Below are positions 1 through 8,455 of a stretch of DNA of 64,000 nt, piece by piece. The stretch's first letter is position 1, and each line of letters opens with the position of its first letter. A model generated the notes under the pieces. That model worked only from the letters and a program-made list of their open reading frames with translations, was not told the origin of the DNA and searched no databases. Origin of the DNA: a virus; the IMG/VR virus record IMGVR_UViG_3300037264_003623, positions 1 to 64,000 of that record; one strand, 5' to 3'. Both the position numbers and the translations under genes were made by a program.

Positions 1-1
1 G

Positions 2-196
2 CCCTACCACTTCAAGGTTCCCTGGGGGCTGCCGGACGATTTCATAGACGTCAGGAAGTATGCGAGGGATCGGATCTCCGTCGAGTGTCTGGACAACGGG
101 GGTGTCTCGATCGACGTTAGAGTCTCATTCGAGAGCATGACCTGCGAGCTGACCGAGGAGCAGTTGGTCGCGCAGAAGATGCTGTCCGGGGGGTAG
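2..196 (+). CDS. 3' end of a hypothetical protein truncated by the window edge
   Basis: Open frame PYHFKVPWG...QKMLSGG ending at TAG 194-196, GC3-rich like neighbouring genes. Confidence 0.6.
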   Translation, partial: PYHFKVPWGLPDDFIDVRKYARDRISVECLDNGGVSIDVRVSFESMTCELTEEQLVAQKMLSGG

Positions 197-292
197 GGGT
201 CAAGGAAAAAACGCAAGGAATTGTGGCGAAGGGTTCGCAAGGCTCTGCCTGCGGTAGTCGTTGGAAAATCTGGAGTTGCGGAAGTTTCCCGG

Positions 293-364
293 TTGACCTT
301 CGGAGGTGTTCGCATATAATTCTTCCATCAGGGTATTGCCTTTGCGGGGCCCGTGCCCCATAAT
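293..364 (+). promoter_or_regulatory. Two sigma70-like promoters
   Basis: TTGACC-N16-TATAAT (293-320) and TTGCCT-N17-CATAAT (336-364). Confidence 0.6.
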
Positions 365-735
365 ATAGACGGTCAAGGCCGCTGGCAACGGCCCAGAGAA
401 CGGGAAAGGAAGCGAGCAGGTGGGAATGAAGACGGACTCCATTGGAAAACCGGTGTCGGTTTGCCGACCGATTCCGGGGGGGCGAAGCGGGGAATCTTCC
501 CACTGCTCGCCCTGCGTAGCCCCCGAAAAAAACAACCAGGCCGCGAAGCCTCGAAAGAGGCCGCGGCCTGTTCTATCTCAAGGTCGTGAGGGGAAGGCCA
601 GGGCGAGGTGCGACAGGAGGAGCCGCCTGGACGACGAGCCAGACGGCTCTTTCCCTTTCGGGCCCGAGGACGACGGCGGGGGGCCGAGGTTCCCGGGCCA
701 GGGCGAGGGGCCGGAGTCGATGTTCTGAGGCAGCA

Positions 736-1071
736 ATGAGAATCTCTCTGAAGAAGCGACGGGGCGGTGGGTGGATCCTGTCCTACGAGACCGATCCCGG
801 CGAGGAAGGGGTGATCGAAACGCAGCTCGACTTCTTCATGAAAACGGTCGGGTTCTTTGGGGGAAACAGCGAGGAGACGATGGAGGGACGAAGGATCTGG
901 GCCAGGCTGTTCAAGCAATTTCACGGGAGGCCGTTCATAGCCGGGGGGGTAAGGTACAAGTGGTTCGAGAATCTGATTGAGGAGGGCCTTATCCTCGATT
1001 GCGATAGCGATTATGCGAAGGCCATCCTTGCCGAAGAGGAGCGTCGCCGAGTGACCGGCGTTGATGGATAG
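736..1071 (+). CDS. Hypothetical protein
   Basis: ATG 736 after GAGG; typical codon usage. Confidence 0.65.
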   Translation: MRISLKKRRGGGWILSYETDPGEEGVIETQLDFFMKTVGFFGGNSEETMEGRRIWARLFKQFHGRPFIAGGVRYKWFENLIEEGLILDCDSDYAKAILAEEERRRVTGVDG

Positions 1072-1109
1072 GATCCTTCCCTGAAGTGAGGCGGGGACGA
1101 AAGGCAACG

Positions 1110-2489
1110 ATGATGTTTTCGAGAGACGACATTCAATACATCCCGATCGGGTTCAGCTTTCTTGACTGCGGGTACATGAGGGAGATTGGGATGGGGCCCA
1201 TGTGGGTCTATGTGGCGCTCCGCCGCAACGCATGGAGGAGCGACAAGGGGGAGCTCGGGAAGCACTGGTTGGGAGGGAAGATCGTCAGCCGTATCGGCCA
1301 TGAGGGAGTGGCGGAGAGGCTCGACATCGGGAAAATGTCGGTAAAGAGGTATCTGGACGTCCTCTACAAGAAGGGATGGGTGAAGAGGCTGGATGAGAGA
1401 ACGGGTAGGGCTCTCGTGTACGTCCTCGGGAGCGTGATAGAGACGGCGGAGGGGCCGGTCGAGTCGTTCTTCGCGGACGTCCTGACGGCAAGGAAGGTGG
1501 CCGAGTGGAAGGCCAAGAACGAGAAGGAACAAGGCCGAGGGGCCAAATTGATCCATCAGGGGGATCAAATTGATCTATCAGAGGGATCAAATCGGTCTAC
1601 AGAATATAGAACGGGGAATAGAGAAGAACCAATAGAGAACTTTGTCCCGTCGCCTTCGGCTCCGGGACATACCGCTCAACCCGGAAATAGGCCCGCCGAC
1701 GAGGTGAAGGCACTCCCCGTTAGCGAGCATGGCGGCGGAACGCCGGAAATGCCCCAGGACGCGAGCGGGGTGGGGGGAGGGGGTGATCGTGCTTTGGAGG
1801 GTCCGAAGGCCAGCGCGGCGGGGCAGCCGTCGGCCTCCCCGTCTATCCTGGAGGTTCCCTCTACCCCGAAAGAGGGGGGTGGGGGTGGGGAGGGAGAGAA
1901 CAATGTTCTCAAAGCGCACACCGTGTGCGCCGGGGCCGGGCAGAAGGTGATGCCGTGGGAGGTGGAGGAGGAGGAGGGGGGTCGGAAGCCGAAGAAGCCC
2001 CGGAAGAGAGGCCTGTACGACCCTGCCAAGTCGGTGTCCGAGTGGAACGGGAACGATCTGGTCGGGTACTTCCGGGTTCGCTTCAAGGCGATGTGGCCCG
2101 GGGAGGGGGCCCCGGACGTTCGGATCGAGGACCTGGCGGCGGCGAAGCGGCGGATCGTCTGGATGAAGGACGAGAAGATGGACATGTGCCTGGCGAAGAG
2201 GGCGATCGACCACCTGTTCGCCAACTGGTCGGACGGCCTCCCTGGTCGTCTCCGGTGGAAGGGGTCGAGGCCGGGGATCGCCATCATCGAGAACGCGAGG
2301 CTGTTCGAGATGCTCGTCCGTGAGGTCCAGAACGGGACAGGGGGGGCGGCGAAGGTGGACGACTGGAAGGGGGAAACCCCCGAGGTCAAGAGGTATCAGG
2401 AGCGGGAGACCATCAGAGCGAGGTTGCTGAATGAGGGTGCCACACTGGAACAGGCGACCCGTGAGGCCAACCGACTGGCTGGCCTCTAA
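1110..2489 (+). CDS. Phage replication initiator (N-terminal winged HTH, lambda O-like organisation)
   Basis: N-terminal VYVALRR...GVAERLDIGKMSVKRYLDVLYKKGWV wHTH, low-complexity linker, internal iteron-like repeats, followed directly by a DnaC-like gene. Confidence 0.7.
   Translation: MMFSRDDIQYIPIGFSFLDCGYMREIGMGPMWVYVALRRNAWRSDKGELGKHWLGGKIVSRIGHEGVAERLDIGKMSVKRYLDVLYKKGWVKRLDERTGRALVYVLGSVIETAEGPVESFFADVLTARKVAEWKAKNEKEQGRGAKLIHQGDQIDLSEGSNRSTEYRTGNREEPIENFVPSPSAPGHTAQPGNRPADEVKALPVSEHGGGTPEMPQDASGVGGGGDRALEGPKASAAGQPSASPSILEVPSTPKEGGGGGEGENNVLKAHTVCAGAGQKVMPWEVEEEEGGRKPKKPRKRGLYDPAKSVSEWNGNDLVGYFRVRFKAMWPGEGAPDVRIEDLAAAKRRIVWMKDEKMDMCLAKRAIDHLFANWSDGLPGRLRWKGSRPGIAIIENARLFEMLVREVQNGTGGAAKVDDWKGETPEVKRYQERETIRARLLNEGATLEQATREANRLAGL
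1544..1640. repeat. Iteron-like 22-bp tandem repeats plus A-rich tract (candidate origin)
   Basis: CAAATTGATCCATCAGGGGGAT / CAAATTGATCTATCAGAGGGAT / partial CAAATCGGTCTACAG, then AATAGAGAA-rich DNA. Confidence 0.6.
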
Positions 2490-3012
2490 CGTGCCGGAGG
2501 GCAAGTGGGGCGCGAGGCTTGACCTGGTCCCACAGGGATTGCCATTCGTCGGGACGGTCCGGTCGTACGTCGAGAACCTCCAGGCGAACGTGGAGGCGGG
2601 TCGGGGTCTGATCCTCTGGGGCCCGTACCGTGGGGGCAAGTCCTGCCTCGCCGCGGTCATCGTGGGTGAGGCGCTCGCCTACCGGCTGTACTCCTACTGG
2701 GTCGAGTCGTTCGACGTCGCGGACGCCTGGATCGGCAAGGCGAAGGGGAGGCGGGAGGCGATCCGTGGCGCCGGGCTCCTCGTCGTGGACGACCTCGGGA
2801 TGGAGTCGAAGGGATCGTCGGACTGGCCGAAGGATATCATGCACGACCTCATGCGGTATCGCCTGGAGCGGCTCCGCCCCACCATCATCACCACGAACAT
2901 GAGCACCGCGGAGATCCAGAAGGTCTACGGGGAGAAGATGTGGGCGCTGCTCCAGGAGTACATGTCCGACGTCCTCGTGAAGGGGGCCGAGGACCACTGG
3001 AGGAAGCGGTGA
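2431..3012 (+). CDS. DnaC/IstB-like helicase-loader ATPase
   Basis: Walker A GPYRGGKS, Walker B LLVVDDLG, PTIITTN; start uncertain (GTG 2491 possible). Confidence 0.85.
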   Translation: MRVPHWNRRPVRPTDWLASNVPEGKWGARLDLVPQGLPFVGTVRSYVENLQANVEAGRGLILWGPYRGGKSCLAAVIVGEALAYRLYSYWVESFDVADAWIGKAKGRREAIRGAGLLVVDDLGMESKGSSDWPKDIMHDLMRYRLERLRPTIITTNMSTAEIQKVYGEKMWALLQEYMSDVLVKGAEDHWRKR

Positions 3013-3323
3013 TGGGGGGCAAGACCTTCTCGTTTCCAGGCGGCCTCTCGCCCCACTTGGCGGTGCATGGTGTGGGGATGGAGAAGGACGACCTTCATTT
3101 CGACATGAACACGAAGGTGGGGGACAAGACGATCGACGACTGGATGAATGAGATGGGGGCGAAGATGAGCGCGATCGAGGTGGAGGTTAGCACGATCCTG
3201 GAGGCGATCGCGTTGAACCATCAGAAGGGCCCAGACGGGAAGTGCATCCAGGACTGCTGGTCTTGTCGGGTCATCGAAACGATGGAGGGAATCCGGGTCT
3301 CGAATCGAATCAGTGGGGGTTAG
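3012..3323 (+). CDS. Hypothetical protein with His/Cys motif
   Basis: TGATG coupling; HQKGPDGKCIQDCWSC motif shared with 3737..4042. Confidence 0.7.
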   Translation: MGGKTFSFPGGLSPHLAVHGVGMEKDDLHFDMNTKVGDKTIDDWMNEMGAKMSAIEVEVSTILEAIALNHQKGPDGKCIQDCWSCRVIETMEGIRVSNRISGG

Positions 3324-3365
3324 AGGAAGAAGTTGTGACTCGCTGCTGGGAGAGAAAGACTGCCG

Positions 3366-3740
3366 ATGGCGAAGGACAGGAAGCCCGTCGCCTTCGGTCA
3401 GAGGTTGCTCCAGTTGCGCCACGAAGTGGAGGCCAGGATCACGGTCATGTGCCCCCATCCATTGGGGAGCCGGGCGGAGAAGGCGTGGATGGCGTGGGCC
3501 AGGGGCGTGGCCTTCGGGTGTGTGGTGGTCCAGGACTCTGACACAGGGCCTGGGGCGGACCTCGGGACCGACGTGTGCTCTGAGAAGATTTCCTCCTCAC
3601 GAGGTTCGAGGCGGAGGGGAATTGTCGTCTGCAAGGATCCTACCGACGCCCACGGGTCGAGGGGAGAGCAGGCGGTCAGGAGGCAGAGGTTCGCGGAGGA
3701 CAGGAAGGGATGGAAAGGGAAGGACGGATCGAAAGGATGA
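3366..3740 (+). CDS. Hypothetical protein
   Basis: ATG start; ATGA overlap with next gene. Confidence 0.6.
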   Translation: MAKDRKPVAFGQRLLQLRHEVEARITVMCPHPLGSRAEKAWMAWARGVAFGCVVVQDSDTGPGADLGTDVCSEKISSSRGSRRRGIVVCKDPTDAHGSRGEQAVRRQRFAEDRKGWKGKDGSKG

Positions 3741-4042
3741 GGACGCTGACTGGGCAGCCTCCCAACCCTTTGGATGGGGACATCTACTACAACCCCGTCG
3801 TGGACGCCTTCTTCGTCTACTCCGACGGAGATTGGATCGACATGCCGGGGGCGTCGCCCGACGAGCTCGGGGTAATCAAGAGGAGGTTCGCCGATTTGTC
3901 GTCGTCCCTCAACGTGGTGATGGAGGCCATCGAGATGAGCCACGAGAAGGGGGAGGACGGTAAGTGCAGGCCGAGGTGCTCCGGGTGCGCGGTCAAGGAA
4001 CGGGTGGAGACATTGGCGACGGCGCGAAGGCTGATGGAGTAG
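3737..4042 (+). CDS. Hypothetical protein with His/Cys motif
   Basis: ATGA coupling; HEKGEDGKCRPRCSGC. Confidence 0.7.
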   Translation: MRTLTGQPPNPLDGDIYYNPVVDAFFVYSDGDWIDMPGASPDELGVIKRRFADLSSSLNVVMEAIEMSHEKGEDGKCRPRCSGCAVKERVETLATARRLME

Positions 4043-4090
4043 TCAGGAGTCATGGGCAGATCGATGGGCGCTACAGGAAGGAGCGGCGTT

Positions 4091-7000
4091 ATGGCTCGCA
4101 AGGGAATCAGCATCCCCAGGCTCTTCTGCCCTGGGGACGATCCATACTCTCTGTTCAAGTGGGTCAGGAAGAACGTCGATGCGAAGGACAAGGATGGGAA
4201 GCCGGTGACGTCCCACGAGGGGGTGGAGGTCCCCGACTTCTGGAGTGACAGTGCAGCGTTCATCCTCTCGGACAAGTACTTCCGAGCAGCCCACGGGTCA
4301 TGCCCGAGGGAGATCTCCCTCAAGCAAACGCTCGACCGGGTGGTCAACGAGATCGTCAAGTGGGGGGTCGAGCACGGCTACTTCGACAAGGCTAACGGAG
4401 CCGTCTTCGGGAACGAGCTCCGGGTGATGATCGCGTCCCAGCGGTTCTCGTTCAACAGCCCCGTCTACTTCAACGTGGGGTGCATGGACAAGCCGCAGTG
4501 CGCCGCGTGTTTCATCCTCGTCGTCTACGACGACCTGGGCAGTATCTCCGCGATGGTCCCGGTCATCGTGCATGTGTTCTCGCATGGGTCGGGATGCGGG
4601 TTCAATCTGTCCCTGCTCCGTGAGATGGGTGCCCCCCTCTCCAGGGGTGGGGTCGCGTCCGGGCCGAAGTCCTTCCTGCTCGGCTACAACTCCTTCGCCG
4701 GGATCATCAAGTCGGGCGGCATCCAGCGCAGGGCGGCCATGCTCGCCAGGCTGGACGACACTCACCCCGATGTCCTCGACTTCATCGAGATGAAGAGCGT
4801 CGAGGAGCGGAAGGCCCGCGCCCTTGTTCGGAAGGGGTACACGGTCGAGGAGGCGTACAAGACTGTTGCCTTCCAGAACGTGAACCTCTCCATCGGGATC
4901 TCCGACGCATTGATGAAGGCGGCCCTGGAGGGGAAGGACTGGGTGCTGAAGTCCGTTCTCACGGGGAAGACGGTCAAGGTCATCAAGGCGATGGACCTTC
5001 TCGACATGATCGCTCACGGGGCTCACTTCTGCGGGGACCCCGGCATCCAGTTGGACGATACGATGAACCGGGGCAACCCCCTGATCCGGGTCTCGAAGAT
5101 CCTCTCTACGAACCCGTGCGTTGTCGGGTCCACTAATGTCTACGTCAAGGAGGGGAAGAAGACGGTCCTCAAGCGGGTAGACCGGATCAAGGAGGGGTCC
5201 GCCAAGATCCTCAGCTACGACTTCGAGAAGCGGAAGCCGGTGTTCGCTAAGGCGACCTTCTTGGGGAAGACGCGGCAGAACGCCAAAGTCGTGAAGTTGA
5301 AAACGGCGAAGGGGGAGATCCGCCTGACACCGGATCACGAAGTCATGACGAGCAGGGGGTGGATCAAGGCGGCGGACATCCAGAAAGGGGACAAGATCTA
5401 CCGGGTGAAGGTGATAGGAGGAGTTTCAGGAGAGTTTGGAGATTCGCAGACATACCCCGGCAGAACGAGCCAGGTCGTCGTCCCCGATGGCAATGTCGAA
5501 GAGATCGAGGTCCTGGGGATGGAGGAATGCGAGGAGGGGGAAGATGTCTACGATTTCAGCGTCCCGAAGCATCATGCCTTCTTCACGGAGGAGGCTCTTG
5601 TCTCGAATTGCGCCGAGTTCGTCTGCATCCCCAATACCGCATGCAACCTAGCCTCCATGAACCTCGCCATGTTCTACCGAGACGGGGCGTTCCAGCACGA
5701 GGAGTTCCGCCACGCGGTCAGGATTTCCATCGTGGCGCAGGACATCCTCGTGGGGCTGAGCGGGTACCCGACGCCGGAGATCGACAAGAACTCGAACGAG
5801 TACCGGCCGCTGGGCCTCGGGTTCACGAACCTCGGTGGGATGTTCATCAAGATGGGCATCCCCTACGACAGCGACCAGGCCAGGATGCTCGCCTCGGCCG
5901 TCTCCGCCGACATGACGGCGACGGCGTACCAGGCATCGGTGGACATCGCCAAGGTCCTTGGCCCCTTCTCCGGGTTCGAGTACAACCGGAAGGCGATGCT
6001 CGCCGTCTTGAAGGCGCACAAGAACAAGTTCAACGCCCTCGCGGACGCCCACAGCGGGGCAGCAGACCTCGACGGGATATCAGACGAGTGGGAGAAGGTG
6101 TGCCAGGAGGCGGTGAAGCACGGGATCAGGAACTGCCAGGTGACGCTGGTGCCCCCCGCGGGGACGATCTCGAACATCCTCGACTGCACGACGGCTGGGA
6201 TCGAGCCGATCCTGTTCAGCGCGACCAAGAGGAGGCTCGACGCGGGCGGGGAGCTGATCGTCCCCTCGTTCGAGATCGACCGGGGCCTGGAGGGTCTCGG
6301 GTACTCGAAGGAGGAGAGGGCGATAATCACGAAGTACATCGAGTCGAACGGGACCCTCTCCGGGGCACCGGTGGTCAAGCCGCAGCACCTTCCCGTCTTC
6401 GACCCGGTGTACCCCCTGAAGGTCGGGGACAGGCGGGTGTCGGCAATGGCCCAGATCCAGATGATGGGGGCGGTCCAGCCGTTCATCTCCGGCTCCATCT
6501 CCAAGACGATCGGCCTGCCGGAGTCGGCGAGCGTGGAGGAGGTGAAGGAGACCATCATCCAGGCGTGGAAGCTCGGCCTGAAGGCGATCTCCTTCTATCG
6601 CTCCAACTCGAAGATGAGCCAGCCCCTCGTGAACGCCATCCTGGAACAGGAGAAGATGGAAGAGGAGGAGGGGGGTCCCGCGAGAAGAGTCATGCCGCAG
6701 GAGGTCAGGGCGCACATCCACCGCGGGGTGGTCGGGCCGGGTTCGACGTCGGAGACGAAGCTCTACATCATCCCGGGGGAGCGCGAGGACGGCACGCTTG
6801 GGGAGGTATTCGTCACGCTCGCCAAGGAGGGGTCTGCCCTTCGCGGACTGGTGGACGCCCTCATGACGGCGGTCTCCATCGGGCTCCAGTACGGGGTGCC
6901 CCTGGAGGTCTTCTGCAAGAAGTTCATCGGGACCAAGTTCGAGCCGATGGGGTGGACTAGGAACGAGAAGATCAAGTTCGCCACGAGCCTGGTGGATTAC

Positions 7001-7261
7001 ATCTTCAAGTACCTCGGGTCGCGCTACCTGGGGATGTCGTTCGAGGCACCGAAGGCGATCGATGAGGACGCCCCGAAGGAGCCGAGCAAGAGCGACGAGG
7101 AGCTACGCAGGGCGGTGATCAGGGCGCTCCGGCATCCGACGCAGTACAACACCTTCGACCTCTGCGATTGCGGCGGGATGCTCTACATGGAGGGACCGTG
7201 CAAGAAGTGCTCGAACAAGCTCTGCAAGAGGAACACGGAGAGCGGCGGGTGCGGGGGATAG
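4091..7261 (+). CDS. nrdJ: Class II (B12-dependent) ribonucleotide reductase with intein and C-terminal TSCPD-like domain
   Basis: FNSPVYFN, QCAACFI, GGIQRRAA, GDPGI, NP|C-x-E split by intein, CNLASMNL, PAGTIS, GSISKT; C-terminal GEVFV...GTKFEP..SLVDYIF. Confidence 0.95.
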   Translation: MARKGISIPRLFCPGDDPYSLFKWVRKNVDAKDKDGKPVTSHEGVEVPDFWSDSAAFILSDKYFRAAHGSCPREISLKQTLDRVVNEIVKWGVEHGYFDKANGAVFGNELRVMIASQRFSFNSPVYFNVGCMDKPQCAACFILVVYDDLGSISAMVPVIVHVFSHGSGCGFNLSLLREMGAPLSRGGVASGPKSFLLGYNSFAGIIKSGGIQRRAAMLARLDDTHPDVLDFIEMKSVEERKARALVRKGYTVEEAYKTVAFQNVNLSIGISDALMKAALEGKDWVLKSVLTGKTVKVIKAMDLLDMIAHGAHFCGDPGIQLDDTMNRGNPLIRVSKILSTNPCVVGSTNVYVKEGKKTVLKRVDRIKEGSAKILSYDFEKRKPVFAKATFLGKTRQNAKVVKLKTAKGEIRLTPDHEVMTSRGWIKAADIQKGDKIYRVKVIGGVSGEFGDSQTYPGRTSQVVVPDGNVEEIEVLGMEECEEGEDVYDFSVPKHHAFFTEEALVSNCAEFVCIPNTACNLASMNLAMFYRDGAFQHEEFRHAVRISIVAQDILVGLSGYPTPEIDKNSNEYRPLGLGFTNLGGMFIKMGIPYDSDQARMLASAVSADMTATAYQASVDIAKVLGPFSGFEYNRKAMLAVLKAHKNKFNALADAHSGAADLDGISDEWEKVCQEAVKHGIRNCQVTLVPPAGTISNILDCTTAGIEPILFSATKRRLDAGGELIVPSFEIDRGLEGLGYSKEERAIITKYIESNGTLSGAPVVKPQHLPVFDPVYPLKVGDRRVSAMAQIQMMGAVQPFISGSISKTIGLPESASVEEVKETIIQAWKLGLKAISFYRSNSKMSQPLVNAILEQEKMEEEEGGPARRVMPQEVRAHIHRGVVGPGSTSETKLYIIPGEREDGTLGEVFVTLAKEGSALRGLVDALMTAVSIGLQYGVPLEVFCKKFIGTKFEPMGWTRNEKIKFATSLVDYIFKYLGSRYLGMSFEAPKAIDEDAPKEPSKSDEELRRAVIRALRHPTQYNTFDLCDCGGMLYMEGPCKKCSNKLCKRNTESGGCGG
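5117..5608 (+). mobile_element. Mini-intein (164 aa, no endonuclease) in NrdJ
   Basis: Starts CVVGST, block B LTPDH, ends VYDFSV...LVSN; the +1 Cys is the NPCxE catalytic Cys. Confidence 0.9.
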
Positions 7262-7263
7262 GT

Positions 7264-7291
7264 TTGACGATTTCCCGAAAGGGGATATAAC
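7264..7291 (+). promoter_or_regulatory. Promoter TTGACG-N16-TATAAC, leaderless-type
   Basis: ATG 7298 lies 7 nt after the -10 box. Confidence 0.7.
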
Positions 7292-7297
7292 AAGATC

Positions 7298-7534
7298 ATG
7301 GGAAAGAAGATGATGATGGTCGATTTCCAGATGGTCGTCGGTGGCAAGCCGCTGCCGGAGGCCATCGAGGGGGCGACGATCAGGACCACTAACGGAAGAG
7401 CTATGATCCTGCCTCCCCCGTCGGGCAAGTGTCAGGAATGCGCGGTGGACCACAAGCCGGAAGAACCCCACAACAGGGACAGCCTCTACTACCAGATGGC
7501 TTTCAGGCAGAAGCATGGCCGGTGGCCGACGTGA
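7298..7534 (+). CDS. Hypothetical Cys/His protein, possibly 3'-truncated
   Basis: CQECAVDH..PHN..SLYYQ..HGRWPT ends abruptly where lower-GC HNH DNA begins. Confidence 0.6.
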   Translation: MGKKMMMVDFQMVVGGKPLPEAIEGATIRTTNGRAMILPPPSGKCQECAVDHKPEEPHNRDSLYYQMAFRQKHGRWPT

Positions 7535-7586
7535 GGACTTGATTTTGTTGGCCCGCCCTGTTAGTATGCAATCAGGGAGGTGGGCC

Positions 7587-8093
7587 ATGAATCCAATGAT
7601 TCATCATCGAGGGAAGCCTCGGGGGTGGCGGAGACCCATAAAGGAACGGTTTGAGGAGAAGGTCGAAAAATCGGATGAGTGTTGGCCCTGGGTTGGATGT
7701 CTAACTCCGAAAGGGTACGGGCAGATCAACAGCGGTGGACGTGGATCGCCAGTGGCGGTACATCGTCTTGCGTATTTTCTCCTTTTTGGGCCCATCCCGA
7801 AAGGGATGTTGGTTTTGCATAGATGCGACAATCCGGCATGTGTTCGACCAGATCATCTTTTTTTGGGAACGGCTCAGGACAACTCAAGCGACATGGTTCG
7901 GAAAGGACGGGCACGGGGAATTCGTGGAAACCATCCCAAGGCCAAACTCAGGGAGGAACAGGTGATAGAGATTCGCCGACGTTACGCTCTGGGGAATGTC
8001 TCTATGAGGGGTTTGGCGAAGATATTCGGGGTTGGCTCTGACCAGATTTGTCGAATCGTGAATCGAAAGAAGTGGGCGTGGCTGGAACCTTGA
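7587..8093 (+). CDS. Free-standing HNH endonuclease with C-terminal HTH
   Basis: CWPW.G...GYG, VHR, VLHRCDNPACVRPDHLFLGT..DN; SD GGAGG; lower GC. Confidence 0.9.
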   Translation: MNPMIHHRGKPRGWRRPIKERFEEKVEKSDECWPWVGCLTPKGYGQINSGGRGSPVAVHRLAYFLLFGPIPKGMLVLHRCDNPACVRPDHLFLGTAQDNSSDMVRKGRARGIRGNHPKAKLREEQVIEIRRRYALGNVSMRGLAKIFGVGSDQICRIVNRKKWAWLEP

Positions 8094-8107
8094 TTGAAGG
8101 ATCGACC

Positions 8108-8455
8108 ATGGCCGGAAGAAAAGGGCCAACCATGAACCTCGTCCGAAGGCTCGGGGAGGTGAACCCCGAAAGGCTCGCGGGCGAGGTCGCAAGTCTCCGT
8201 AAGGAGAGCGAGAACCTTCGCCTCGCCCTTGGTGTGAAGGTCGCGACCTACGTTAGGACGATCAACCTGGGGAAGGGTGATGTCCTCGTCGTTCGGCCCC
8301 CGAAGGGGATTTCCATCAGGCCGGAGGCGTGGGTCGCTGTCCTGGAGCACGTCTCGAAGCTGATGAAGGATCGGCTCGGGTGGGAGGGTCCGATCCTGTT
8401 CGAGGGGAACATGGAGATCAGCAAGCAGGTCGGAGGCTCTGATGGTCAGCATTGA
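8108..8455 (+). CDS. Hypothetical protein
   Basis: Typical codon usage; overlaps dnaB start. Confidence 0.6.
   Translation: MAGRKGPTMNLVRRLGEVNPERLAGEVASLRKESENLRLALGVKVATYVRTINLGKGDVLVVRPPKGISIRPEAWVAVLEHVSKLMKDRLGWEGPILFEGNMEISKQVGGSDGQH

Noticed and set aside
420-728. 102-aa ORF downstream of the first promoters
   Set aside because: Low-complexity translation and atypical codon usage; may be an untranslated leader.
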